The position numbers and the translations under genes were made by a program. 64,000 nt of DNA from a virus (taxonomy: Duplodnaviria > Caudoviricetes), in IMG/VR virus record IMGVR_UViG_3300020814_000535, one strand, 5' to 3'. Position 1 is the stretch's first letter. Every line of letters starts with the position of its first letter. Shown here in pieces: positions 33,015 to 43,373 of the stretch. The notes under the pieces were generated by a model. That model ran no database searches and was not told the origin of the DNA. It saw only the letters and a list, made by a program, of their open reading frames with translations.

Positions 33015-33401
33015 ATGTCCAGTTTCAATCGCGTCATCATCATGGGGACTCTAGGCCAAGATCCAGACTTCAAGACCTTGAACAGCGGCACAAAGCTCTG
33101 CAATCTCAGCATTGCAACCAATGACGGCTTTGGTGAGAAGAAGAAGACCAACTGGCACAAGATCACGGTGTGGGGGAAACAAGCTGAGGCCTGCAGCACC
33201 TACCTCAAGAAGGGCGCCACGGTGATTGTTGAGGGCCGCCTTGAGTATGAGTCTTTCACTCCGAAGAGTGGCGGTTCTAGACAAACTGTTGCTAAGATTC
33301 AAGCGGATCGAGTACAGTTTATGTCTAAGGCCCCTGCAGCTGGTGGCGAAGCTTCTGATACGAATGAGTCCCAGGAGCCCAACGAAGACTTGCCGTTCTA
33401 A
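33015..33401 (+). CDS. ssb: Single-stranded DNA-binding protein (second copy)
   Basis: FNRVIIMGTLGQDP, NWHKITVWGKQAE, KG..V.VEGRL, DLPF. Confidence 0.95.
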   Translation: MSSFNRVIIMGTLGQDPDFKTLNSGTKLCNLSIATNDGFGEKKKTNWHKITVWGKQAEACSTYLKKGATVIVEGRLEYESFTPKSGGSRQTVAKIQADRVQFMSKAPAAGGEASDTNESQEPNEDLPF

Positions 33402-33418
33402 GAAAACTAGGAGTTCTA

Positions 33419-33919
33419 GTGACGACAGCATATCTTTCAGGGCCCATGGAGTACTCGGTTTCCCAGGGGATTCGTTGGCGGCGGTGGTATGAAAAGAGAT
33501 TAAAGAAGGTTGGTGTGAAATGCATTGTCCCCAACGATCTTGAACAGGATGTGTTGTCGTCACTAGAAGTGCCGCTGGCCGAGCTGAAACTGACAAACCG
33601 AGAGCGGTACAAGGAGATTGTTCGACGATTCCTTATTACCGATCTCGAGGAGGTAGGAAAGTCGGATTTCGTGATCGTGAAGTGGACGGGCGAAATGACG
33701 GCAGGGACGCCCATGGAAGCCATCCATGCGGTGCTCCGAGGGATTCCTGTCTACTTGATTACAGGAATTCCGCTAGATCGCGTTCCTGGTTCACTTCTGT
33801 CGTGTTGCACGGAAGAGTTTCATTCATTGGAAGCATTGATTGAACATTTAGAAAACAACGGGCTGGAGGGTACGGAGGAGGAAGACCAAGAAGAAGACGA
33901 CGATGGCGAAAATTCTTAG
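33419..33919 (+). CDS. Nucleoside 2-deoxyribosyltransferase-like protein
   Basis: YLSGPM, DL..V.KSD, AGT..E, IPVY. Confidence 0.8.
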   Translation: MTTAYLSGPMEYSVSQGIRWRRWYEKRLKKVGVKCIVPNDLEQDVLSSLEVPLAELKLTNRERYKEIVRRFLITDLEEVGKSDFVIVKWTGEMTAGTPMEAIHAVLRGIPVYLITGIPLDRVPGSLLSCCTEEFHSLEALIEHLENNGLEGTEEEDQEEDDDGENS

Positions 33920-34516
33920 TATTCGACAAGACAAGAAGTCTAAAAGCTGTAACATCTGTGGTTATCCGGCCTACCTAACCTATGAGGAGGAGAATTCTCA
34001 GACTGGCAAGCGAGAGACGAAGACGATCTATGTGCGTTGCCTCGGACATGAGCAACTTCATCCGTCCAAATGGAACCTTCATCCTGATCACGACAAGTAT
34101 CAATCCTATCACGGTCGACAAGTTCAAATTCAAGCTCGCAAGGCTCTAACCAAGTAAGGAGAGTTTTTCAATGAAGGCTACGGCTCGTATGGAGCAGTTG
34201 AAGCAGGCGCGCAAGCAATCTCGGATTAAGCCGGTGTCGTTGGTGGTGAAGGAAGAGAAAAGGCGGGAGTTTCTCCGGTACGAAGATGGCCAATTGGTCA
34301 TGTACGACCGCATTGGCAAGGAAGAAGATCAGGTTCGTCTGACACCCCAGGAAGTTGTCATCCTTCAACAGATGGAGAACGCAAGACAACGCCGCAACTA
34401 ATGAGTAAAATTATTGAAACTCTGGGTGATCTCCAACACCTAGATGTTGTTTTAGGCGCCGCTTGGCTTGTGTTTTTATTCCTTAGTCTTTTTCTTTAAG
34501 CTATCGAGGCAACTAG

Positions 34517-35929
34517 ATGCTGGTTGAGCTGAGCATCAAGGAAGACTACCGTCCAAATTGGGGTGTCCCCGAGGGGATTCGGGAGCTGGTCCAGAACTGC
34601 AAGGATGCCGACACCCAGTTTGCGGCGACTATGCACATTGAACACAGCGGCAAGAAGCTGGTTCTGACCAATGACTATGTAACGTTAGACCGCAAATCAC
34701 TCCTTCTCGGCATGACGACCAAGAAGAATGACGACGCGACGATTGGTCAATGGGGAGATGGGCTCAAGATTGGTTCGCTGGCCCTGGTCCGCAAGGGACG
34801 AAAGCTAAAGATTTTCACCAAGGACGAGATCTGGACGCCTGTCATCGTTGAATCCAGGCGCTACAAAGAAAAAGTATTAGCATTTCGGATCTCCAAGGCG
34901 AAGACGTGGATCGACAAGGTTCGGGTCGAAGTTGATCTTTCGAGCGAAGAATGGGGTCAATTAAGAAAGAATTTTCTATTTCTTTATGAAAATTTGAAGC
35001 AGGTGAGATCTTATGATGGGAACCTTTTGTACGAGGAGGGATTTGAAGGTCGAATCTATGTAAAGGATGTTTTTGTCTGCATCAATGACCACCTGGGTTT
35101 CGGGTACAATTTCAAGGATGTAGCCCTGGATGTGGATAGGCAAATTGTAGATACGTATTCTGCCAACTATCGAGCCCGCCACGTTGTGGCTTTGGCTTTC
35201 CGTTATTACAACGAGCTGTCTGAGGCTGACCAGGAGATTATCAGCAGAAAAACGATTGCCGCTTTGAATGATGTAACCGAAGATCTTCGATATCTGACAA
35301 GCTACGAGGTAACCTCCGAGTTCAGTGCGTTTACTTGCGAATGGTTTCTGAAGGTTTATGGGCAGTTGGCAAGACCTGCCCGAGACGAGGTCGAACGCAA
35401 GCGCCTGCAGAGCTTGGGTTATCAGCCGGTGTCCGTGAGCGCCCAGCTGAGCAATGTGTTGCGGGCCGAGTTCGGGACCACCGAGGAACTGGCGGAAGAG
35501 TTCTCCAAACAGCCAGAAAGAGAGTACCCTCTTTCAGAATTAAGTGAAATCGAGCAAGAGATTTTTGAATCGGCCCTTAATTTAACAAGCGTAGCCATCG
35601 AGGTATCGGGCAATCTTCCAGCTCAGTCTGTTGGCGACATGAAAGACTATCTTGATAACCGCAAGATCAAGATAGTTGACTTCAAGAGCGAGGGCGTCAA
35701 GGGAATTTTTGACAAGAAGAAAGAGGCTATTTTCATTGCTCGCCGAACCTTGAAGGATGGGAAAGACTTTCTCAATACACTCGTCCATGAGATTAGCCAT
35801 TTCACAGGAGCGGATGGAAGCCGCGAACACGTTGATACGATCCAGGAGATCATGGGAACGATGGTGATGTTGTTTGCTAACCGGCTTTACAAATATATTC
35901 TTAAAGAGAATATTCAGAAGGCCTCATGA
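34517..35929 (+). CDS. GHKL-type ATPase with C-terminal HExxH domain
   Basis: WG..EGIRELVQN..D, IGQWGDGLKIG, LVHEISH. Confidence 0.75.
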   Translation: MLVELSIKEDYRPNWGVPEGIRELVQNCKDADTQFAATMHIEHSGKKLVLTNDYVTLDRKSLLLGMTTKKNDDATIGQWGDGLKIGSLALVRKGRKLKIFTKDEIWTPVIVESRRYKEKVLAFRISKAKTWIDKVRVEVDLSSEEWGQLRKNFLFLYENLKQVRSYDGNLLYEEGFEGRIYVKDVFVCINDHLGFGYNFKDVALDVDRQIVDTYSANYRARHVVALAFRYYNELSEADQEIISRKTIAALNDVTEDLRYLTSYEVTSEFSAFTCEWFLKVYGQLARPARDEVERKRLQSLGYQPVSVSAQLSNVLRAEFGTTEELAEEFSKQPEREYPLSELSEIEQEIFESALNLTSVAIEVSGNLPAQSVGDMKDYLDNRKIKIVDFKSEGVKGIFDKKKEAIFIARRTLKDGKDFLNTLVHEISHFTGADGSREHVDTIQEIMGTMVMLFANRLYKYILKENIQKAS

Positions 35930-35984
35930 ATAATTGTTGTCTAATTTACGTTGGAGTGTTAGCCTCTAGTTAAGGAGGCTTATC

Positions 35985-36251
35985 TTGACTGAATTTTTGG
36001 CAGGATTGAGTGCATTCGCCGCTTGGGTTAGAGACAACTGGGCATGGATTAGTGGCCTTTTGTTCATGGTGGCGACGATCTTGAACTCGGCATCTGAACA
36101 CTTTACAAAGCAAGAGGGTGTAAAACGGACTCTGCTGTGGCTAGCCGAAATGTTTTCATTCATCAGCTCGAAGGGCGTTGCCCCAAAACTGAAGCTCCCG
36201 TTTATTTCTCGACCCCCTACCGAAGAGCCTGCACCGGAAATTAAGGAGTAA
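35985..36251 (+). CDS. Putative holin
   Basis: Small; two hydrophobic helices; charged tail; precedes a lipoprotein. Confidence 0.5.
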   Translation: MTEFLAGLSAFAAWVRDNWAWISGLLFMVATILNSASEHFTKQEGVKRTLLWLAEMFSFISSKGVAPKLKLPFISRPPTEEPAPEIKE

Positions 36252-36254
36252 ATC

Positions 36255-36743
36255 TTGAAGAAAGCCCTTATTACTATTCTTAGCCTATTCTTCCTTTCCT
36301 TTGCGACTATGGGCGCTTCCTGTCAGGGAACCTGGCTTCAGCAGTCAACGACGACTCTGAATAATATTTCGACAGCAGCGGGGATTGCCATCGTAGTGAT
36401 TGAGAATCTGGGTGAACAATGCACGGCTCTGTTGGTAGCTTGCCAGGTGGGGGATAGCGACGGTTCAGTGCCTGTCTCGGAGGCTCGAGACAAGGCTTGC
36501 AAAGCTCTGGATATTTGTGCAAAGAACTACAATATGGTTGTAGGAAAGTTCAACGAGTTGCGAGACCTGCTCAAGAAGGCTTCGGCAGCATTGGCGGTCG
36601 CCAACGAGCCTCTGTCCCTCGAATTTCTACAAAAGGCCCAGGAAGTCTTCAAGCAGTTGCTTACCATCATCAAGCCGTTCCTGCAGGGAACCAGTCTGGA
36701 AAATATTGTGGAGGTACTCGATGGGACTGCTCCTGCCAAGTAA
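36255..36743 (+). CDS. Helical lipoprotein
   Basis: MKK + hydrophobic + GASC lipobox. Confidence 0.7.
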   Translation: MKKALITILSLFFLSFATMGASCQGTWLQQSTTTLNNISTAAGIAIVVIENLGEQCTALLVACQVGDSDGSVPVSEARDKACKALDICAKNYNMVVGKFNELRDLLKKASAALAVANEPLSLEFLQKAQEVFKQLLTIIKPFLQGTSLENIVEVLDGTAPAK

Positions 36744-36978
36744 TATTTCAACAACTGATTTACTAAAACAGGCGGGGTCTGTTGGATTGGATGTTCTCGG
36801 TTTAGCGGTAGCCTACGTCAAGGGATATATTGAGACGAAACGATTTCAGGCAAGACTGGCTGCACAACTGAAGGTTGATAAGCTAGATCTCAAGCTCCAA
36901 GAGATTCAGAATCAATTGGAAGCATTCAATAGAAAGTTGGAAGAGCTGAAGAAATAGAAGATAACAGGAGAATGACAG

Positions 36979-38040
36979 ATGTTGACGCCGAAAGATATTC
37001 TGAAGATCGTTGAAAATTTCGCTGCAACCTGTGAAGACGAAATTCTAGAGATGGGCTTGATCTGTTTTGATGGGGATTACTGGATTCGCCCCGTTCGGAC
37101 ACTAGAGAATATTAAGGGCAGTCCTCTTGTTCGTTCTATCAAGCTCTCCAATCACGCCGAGCGCCAGCTACTTCAGAAGCTGGAGATTCCTAGCCCCTAT
37201 TTTCATCGTTGTCCCACGAGTCTTCAGGAACAGAATTTCAACTATTGGCGTGATCAGTACGCCGACTCCCAGCTGATGCTGCGGCAGGTGGGCGAAGATC
37301 GGGTTCGGGCAGTTATGTCTAACCGCTATGTGCCAATTGACGACGTCACGGCTGTACCAGTCGTCCTGGAAACACTGGCCCAGGACAACGTTGTTTATTC
37401 GAGCTTTTGCAAGGCAGATGAAATCACGGCTATGCGGGTGATTTGGCCCGAACTGGCGGCGAATCACAACTTCCGTAGCAACATCGAGATTGTTGCGGGC
37501 CTTTTGTTCGTAAACTCGGAGGTGGGGATTGCGGCGGTACGGCTCCAGCCCACGATCCAATACCGCTACAACATGAACAACTACGGATTCAAGAACTTCT
37601 ATTACCTTTCGGACACCAAGAATGAGGGATGTACAGCAATCCGTCATCTCGCGGAACTTGATCCTCAACGTCTGAGAGAAGGGGTTGATCTTGCTCGCCG
37701 AGCTGCTCAAGCAGGTATTGCCCAGATGATTAGCGCCGACCACAAGATTATCCAAAAGCCGTTTGAGGAGATGCAGCGGATTGTAGAAAATAATGTCTAC
37801 ATCCCTAACGGAGTTCTTGCAATTCTCGAAGAGGAATGGCAGGATGAGCTGGAAGCTTCGAAGCTACAAGTGGCAACAGCAATTTTGGAATCATTGAATA
37901 AGCTTCCTGCCTTTCAAGAAGGACACGACAGGATGAAGCAGTCTTTGGATATTGAACAAAGTTTGGGACGATATCTCGATCTTTTCAACAAAACCGAAGA
38001 GCGAATTGGTCAGGTGTTGGCCCTCAACATTTTGGACTAG
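36979..38040 (+). CDS. DUF932-like protein
   Basis: QL..KL.IP..Y, RAVMSNRY..ID, G....NSEVG, IRH. Confidence 0.7.
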   Translation: MLTPKDILKIVENFAATCEDEILEMGLICFDGDYWIRPVRTLENIKGSPLVRSIKLSNHAERQLLQKLEIPSPYFHRCPTSLQEQNFNYWRDQYADSQLMLRQVGEDRVRAVMSNRYVPIDDVTAVPVVLETLAQDNVVYSSFCKADEITAMRVIWPELAANHNFRSNIEIVAGLLFVNSEVGIAAVRLQPTIQYRYNMNNYGFKNFYYLSDTKNEGCTAIRHLAELDPQRLREGVDLARRAAQAGIAQMISADHKIIQKPFEEMQRIVENNVYIPNGVLAILEEEWQDELEASKLQVATAILESLNKLPAFQEGHDRMKQSLDIEQSLGRYLDLFNKTEERIGQVLALNILD

Positions 38041-38049
38041 GAGAAAGTC

Positions 38050-38460
38050 ATGAGCCACTTCACAAAAGCACAATTGAAACTCAAGAACAAAGACACCCTG
38101 GCCAAGGCCCTGGTACGGATGGGTGTAGCCGAGTCGGCAATTACGCTTTCAGATACGCCATTTACGATCAAGGATTATTACGGCCACAACCATCCCCATC
38201 CGGTGAGTCTAGCCGTGAAGAAGAATGCTATCCGCACCTCGGCCGACGTTGGATTCGAGGAGCGCGAGGACGGTTCTCTAACAATGCATTACGACAATAT
38301 GGATCACAATCGACTCCATGGAGAGTGGATGCAAAAAGTCACTCAACACTATGCCGCCATCGAAGTAGAAGATGAAGCAGTTCGAATGGGCTTTTCGGTC
38401 AAGGAGCAAGCTTTTGACCAACAAGGGAATCTTCAAATCGTTCTTAGCAGGTGGGGTTAA
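38050..38460 (+). CDS. DUF1257 (Ycf35-like) protein
   Basis: MSHFT, L.KAL..MG, DVGF....DG, Q.YA, GF.V. Confidence 0.8.
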   Translation: MSHFTKAQLKLKNKDTLAKALVRMGVAESAITLSDTPFTIKDYYGHNHPHPVSLAVKKNAIRTSADVGFEEREDGSLTMHYDNMDHNRLHGEWMQKVTQHYAAIEVEDEAVRMGFSVKEQAFDQQGNLQIVLSRWG

Positions 38461-38462
38461 CC

Positions 38463-38657
38463 ATGGAACAGCTAGTCAAAATCACAATTGCCAAGGATGG
38501 TACGGTAACCATCGATGTTGAAGGCATGGTGGGTACGGCTTGTAAGGGGATTACGGAGGCTTTGGCCCGCAGGCTGGGGACGGAAATCGAAAGCCATGAA
38601 AAGCCAGAATACTGGCAAGAGGTTGATGGTCTCCAGCAAAAGCTCTTTGGAAATTGA
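38463..38657 (+). CDS. DUF2997 protein
   Basis: I..DG.V..DVEG..G..C...T..L...LG...KPEY. Confidence 0.8.
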   Translation: MEQLVKITIAKDGTVTIDVEGMVGTACKGITEALARRLGTEIESHEKPEYWQEVDGLQQKLFGN

Positions 38658-39026
38658 TTCTATGACCAAGAAGTTCGAGCCCCCGTCACTGGACGGAGTA
38701 GTTTCGCCAAAGAAAAAACTGCCCGCAAAGGAAATTGAGGTTGTTCCTGTTCTGCCGGAAGAGAAGCCCTCTCTGATGAAGGAAGGCGAACTCTATCTCC
38801 ACATTTTTGTAGATGGCAAAGACACTAGAAAAAACATCAAAGATATTACGCCCGTAGAAATGGTTGAGTGGGTGAAGAAGCATTGCCCTTCATTGGACGT
38901 GACTGTCAAGGAGGTTGATACCACTCAGAAAAGAAATTCTACTTTTGAGCTTGCAATGAGAACTCTGTCTGGTTTAAAGTTAACCGTTCCAATGACACTA
39001 AGCAAGTAACTTAACGAAAGGAAAAT

Positions 39027-39293
39027 ATGCCGTCACAGTTGTTTACAGGTCTAGAAGTAAAGCGCGTAGAGTCGACTCCTGGAAGTACACTTCTTGGTCA
39101 TGGCAAGGCCGAGTTTATGAATGTTCTGACAATTCGGTTTGCCATTCGTAAGTCAAAGGACGGAACGCCCTTTGTGGCAATGCCTGCCCACATCTCGAAG
39201 GGCAAGTGGTTTGATGATGTAAAGATCAAGGACCTCGAAGAGAAGCGTCGTTTTGAGAAGGCCGTACTCGATGCCTACGAGAAGGCAGAGTAA
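39027..39293 (+). CDS. spoVG: SpoVG-family nucleic-acid-binding protein
   Basis: G.PFVAMP, G.WFD.V, VLDAY. Confidence 0.75.
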   Translation: MPSQLFTGLEVKRVESTPGSTLLGHGKAEFMNVLTIRFAIRKSKDGTPFVAMPAHISKGKWFDDVKIKDLEEKRRFEKAVLDAYEKAE

Positions 39294-39542
39294 TAAGAAA
39301 GAAGAAGGAGAAAAGAATGACCCAGAGTCAACGTCGTGCCCGTCGTGAGTTTCGTAAGCAGCGTGGTGAGGCAGTCTATAATATCCTGAAGGCACTCTAT
39401 CGGACAGATCCCTGGACCAAGGCTGGGAAGCGCGCCCTCAATCGGATGAGGGACCTGTACGGGGCTGGAACGGTAGCAGCAGTTCTGGCCAACGACACCC
39501 GTGGCGCCTACCGGGCCTGGGTCCTCGATATGGGGCTCTAAA

Positions 39543-39611
39543 AACTTCACTTCTCTCCGGTAAGCCTCTGGGGCTCAAAACTCTGGGGCCTTATCAGGGA
39601 GGGGTCAAGTT
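39543..39611 (+). ncRNA. Long G.U-rich intergenic stem-loop
   Basis: ~30-bp imperfect stem pairing mainly on the + strand through G.U pairs. Confidence 0.6.
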
Positions 39612-40303
39612 AAGAGGTTAGTTTGAGAGAACCGTTAGACCCTTTATTCCAACATACGAATCATCTTCTTGCTGTTAGCCGCGATGGGGAAGATTTATAT
39701 TATGGTTTGTCTTTGCTTTTTCCCCCTGGAGAAGTTTTTGATCGAGCGACAGTCTTATTGATAAAAGAGGAAAAAGGTTTATGTAGTGTTGACCCGGCGG
39801 TAAAATGTCTCCTTGATTTTTACTTTGATTCCAATAATGAAAGGATGTCTTTGTTTAGAGAGCTTCGCGAAATAAACCGTCGCCAATGGGATCTCGAAGA
39901 TCGAGTTCGGACGGAGCAATCCGCTGAAGCGGCAGTAGCCGCGAGGGAAAACAACAATCTCCGTGTAGCATGTAAGAATAAGATTAACAAATTGTTTGGT
40001 TATGGAAATGAAGTGAAGTGTTATAAGGGAGAGTCGTGATCATCGAGAGATGGGTTCGTGAAGAATTGCTGAACATTTATATTTCTAATGAAGTAAAGAG
40101 CAAGGCCCTTTTCGCAGGAGATACTATTAGCCACAAGACAGCTAATGAATGTGTAGCTAGAGGTTGGGCCGCCAGAAATGATGACGGAGAATTTGTTTTG
40201 ACAGATACTGGACGTTTTCTTGCAGCAATCTGGCTTAAAGAAGGCGTCGACTACGAGGGAGATCTCTAGACAACAAGGAGTAATTCAAGTATTTTATTTA
40301 TTT

Positions 40304-40687
40304 GGGCACGATCGGTTTCGACGGGACTGGAGTGGGAATGAAACGCAGGCAGGGGATCCAAGCTTCCTCTAGAAAACAACTTGGAAAAACTAAATGCCGA
40401 ATCAAACGAAACCGCAGTCGCTGTCAGAGTCCAGGGATTCGTCCCCGTTCTCTCTCATCTGGTAGCTTCGGCTGCTAGAGCAGAGACCCAAGCGGTACTG
40501 GCTTAATAGCCGGGGCACTTCTCGTCATTGCCTGGCAACAGAAAGGCGAGACTTGGTTGGTGAACTTGGAAGTAGATAATCAACCGAGCACATGAACTTC
40601 GCAAACTGAGTGTCTGTCTGCAAGCCTGTTGATCGTTTTGTTTTTGCCTAGTTTCGGACGGGAGTTCGATTCTCCCCGTGTCCACCA
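40304..40687 (+). ncRNA. ssrA: tmRNA
   Basis: GGGCACG/CGTGTCC acceptor with G3.U70, ACCA end, TTCGAC after D-loop, PK1 (TCCAAG/CTTGGA), resume GCC at 40396, TAA TAG stops, GTTCGATT T-loop. Confidence 0.95.
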
Positions 40688-40732
40688 AGTATCCGTTATT
40701 ATTAACCTCTTTAAGCCTCGCTAAATCCTATC

Positions 40733-41740
40733 ATGCCTAACTTTCTAACTGGTCTTGAATTGGATGATGTTCTGCTGGAGCCCTGCTACTCCCCGTTTCT
40801 TAGTCGTTTCTCGGGGGAAATAGATCTGTCCACAGAACTTCTACCGGGTGTGAAGCTTCGTGTTCCTATTATCTCGGCCAATATGGATACAGTGACGGGA
40901 GTAGCTCTAGCCAATGTTATGTACGAAGGTGGAGGGCTAGGGATTATTCATCGGTTTGACGATCTGGTTATCCAGGCTAATAAACTCCAGCAGCAGAAGG
41001 GACCTGTTATTGTTTGTATTGGCACAGGGGATGAAGCCAAGAAACGGATGGATCATTTCGCGAAAGAGCTAGATAATTACGCTGGGATTCTAGTCGATAT
41101 TGCTCATGGTCATTCAGCCCCCATGGTTGAAATGATCAAGTGGTTGGCTAGAGAATACAACGAGGTCCCTGTCATTGCGGGCAATATTGGGACAACCTGG
41201 GCCGCGCGAGAGCTAATTGATTTGGGAGTTGATTGTCTAAAATGTGGAGTAGGTCCTGGATTTTCCTGTAGAACTCAAGCTAACACGGGTGCTGGTGTTC
41301 CTCAGCTCACTGCTATTCTCAACGTCCGAGAGGGAATAACTCGGGCATTTAATGAAGGTTTGAAACGCCGAGTGACTTTAATCGCTGATGGGGGAATTAA
41401 GTCTGGCGGGTGCATCACAAAGTGTCTTGCTGCTGGAGCTGATGCTGTAATGATCGGGAAGTTATTTGCCGGCACCAATGAATCTTGTGGAAAGAAGTAT
41501 CTCCAAGAAGGGAAAGCTCTTTATCGGGGGATGAGTAGTTTTGAAGCGATGACAGAATGGAAAGGGCAAGTAACTTCGGTTGAAGGAATTTGCACTTGCG
41601 TTCCCTTGCAGGGGCCAACAAAAGAAGTTCTGGAAAGACTAGTCGCGAACGTTCTATCGGGATTCAGTTATTTGGGCGCAAGTAATGTCAAAGAACTAAG
41701 AGAGAATGCTACATTTATCGTAAGGAGCAAGAGAGACTAA
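40733..41740 (+). CDS. GMP reductase / IMP dehydrogenase family enzyme without CBS domains (GMPR more likely)
   Basis: SANMDTV, GLGIIHR, VDIAHGH, GVGPGFSC, IADGGI, YRGMSS, VEG; no Arg-Tyr flap dyad visible. Confidence 0.88.
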   Translation: MPNFLTGLELDDVLLEPCYSPFLSRFSGEIDLSTELLPGVKLRVPIISANMDTVTGVALANVMYEGGGLGIIHRFDDLVIQANKLQQQKGPVIVCIGTGDEAKKRMDHFAKELDNYAGILVDIAHGHSAPMVEMIKWLAREYNEVPVIAGNIGTTWAARELIDLGVDCLKCGVGPGFSCRTQANTGAGVPQLTAILNVREGITRAFNEGLKRRVTLIADGGIKSGGCITKCLAAGADAVMIGKLFAGTNESCGKKYLQEGKALYRGMSSFEAMTEWKGQVTSVEGICTCVPLQGPTKEVLERLVANVLSGFSYLGASNVKELRENATFIVRSKRD

Positions 41741-42403
41741 TTGTATACACAGACGATTCTCGGTATTGATGAAGCGGGACGAGGTTGTTTGGTTGGTCCG
41801 CTGGTGATGTGCGGAGTTGTACTTTCAGACGACGATCAAAGGAATTATCTAAGAAAGATTGGCGTTAGAGATTCCAAGCTTTTCGGCGGCAATAAACATA
41901 CTATCCAGCAGCGACGTCAGCAGTTGTACGAAGAGATCAAAAAAGTTGCCACCCACGTCTTTGTAAATCGCGTTACGGCCCTCCAGATCAATTCCACTGT
42001 AAAAAGTCTAGATAGTCTGGAAATTGAATTGGCCTGGGAAATCATTTCCTGGGTTCTCGGATCTCCATTTATTCTAGGAGATGATGGGAATCTAACGGTT
42101 GTTCTGGATGGACACGATATGTTCGAAGAGATGGAGAAAGATTCAGATAATCATCTTCTGATCACTTCGGTTAACCACGCAGATGAGCAAATTGTTGAAG
42201 TTTCTGCTGCTTCCATTGTAGCTAAACATCTGAGAGACCAGATGGTCCTGAGCATTATGGGAGATTACTTTTGGAATGGAGCGGGCTACTGCAACGATGG
42301 AACTATCAAGTGGTTGCGCTCAGGAGAAGCCTGGGCCGTTCAAGACTTTATCCGTCAGTCGTGGTCGTGGTGGGATAAAGTGAAAAAGGAGTTGCGCCAG
42401 TGA
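41741..42403 (+). CDS. rnhB: Ribonuclease HII
   Basis: GIDEAGRG..GP, DSK, DG, VSAASIVAK..RD. Confidence 0.93.
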   Translation: MYTQTILGIDEAGRGCLVGPLVMCGVVLSDDDQRNYLRKIGVRDSKLFGGNKHTIQQRRQQLYEEIKKVATHVFVNRVTALQINSTVKSLDSLEIELAWEIISWVLGSPFILGDDGNLTVVLDGHDMFEEMEKDSDNHLLITSVNHADEQIVEVSAASIVAKHLRDQMVLSIMGDYFWNGAGYCNDGTIKWLRSGEAWAVQDFIRQSWSWWDKVKKELRQ

Positions 42404-42710
42404 AAAAACTCACAGGCACGGACTTTGATCTATTTGAGTTGCTTCATCGAACCCAGGAAAGTTTGGTCAAGGGCCTCAATTTTGTAGAATTGCCCGAAGG
42501 ATTGAGCTACAGTGATGAAACAGCAGGAACTCCTCAAACACCTAAGAAAAAAGTGGGCCGCCCTCGCAAGACGCAAACAGGAACTAGCTGACACAGAATT
42601 TAGCCCTGAATGTGATGCTGAGGTAGTTTTATTAAAGCACGAACTCTTTGATATTTTTATTGAGATGTTTAACCGAGGATTAGACCCTACAAGTATTTGT
42701 AGTCATTTGA

Positions 42711-43373
42711 ATGAAAATAATTAAACCGTCCGTCTCTCTTGAATTCATCACTCCAGACGCAATGCAATTGATTGAGAAGATTGGAAGGACCTGTTACAAG
42801 TCTGAAGACCGTATCACTCCTAAAAGTGCAGAGAAGTTTGTTAAAATGATCCTCGAGCGAGGACATAAGTCGGTTGTTGAACATGCCCACGCGAGTTTTC
42901 GGGTAATTTGTGATCGAGGCGTTAGCCACGAATTCGTTCGCCACCGAATCTTTAGTTATAGTCAGGAAAGCACTCGGTACTGTAACTATTCCAAAGAAAA
43001 GTTTAATAATGAGATTTCTGTCATTGAGCCTCCTGGCCTAACTGATTCACAGCACGTCTGTTGGGCTTGTGCTGTTTTAGCCTGCGAAAATGAGTACATA
43101 CACCTGATTGAAAAAGGAGCCAAGCCTGAAATTGCTCGCTCAGTATTGCCAACCTGTTTAAAAACCGAACTAGTTGGGACGGCTAACTTCAGAGAATGGC
43201 TTTATTTCCTCGAAATGAGGGCTTCGGCGAAAGCTCATCCACAAATGCGAGAAATAGCTTATAATATAGGAGTAATCCTCCATACTCAATATCCAGTCAT
43301 CTTTCCAGTGGATTACACTGAGGAGTTGACCAGGCTTCTTGTCTCTGGGGATTTTCGAGGAAGTACTTCTTAG
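42711..43373 (+). CDS. thyX: Flavin-dependent thymidylate synthase
   Basis: GH.SV.EH, RGVSHEFVRHR..SYSQESTRY, ARSVLP, NFREW, AHPQMR. Confidence 0.96.
   Translation: MKIIKPSVSLEFITPDAMQLIEKIGRTCYKSEDRITPKSAEKFVKMILERGHKSVVEHAHASFRVICDRGVSHEFVRHRIFSYSQESTRYCNYSKEKFNNEISVIEPPGLTDSQHVCWACAVLACENEYIHLIEKGAKPEIARSVLPTCLKTELVGTANFREWLYFLEMRASAKAHPQMREIAYNIGVILHTQYPVIFPVDYTEELTRLLVSGDFRGSTS

Noticed and set aside
40503-40688. Minus-strand ORF
   Set aside because: Antisense to the tmRNA 3' half
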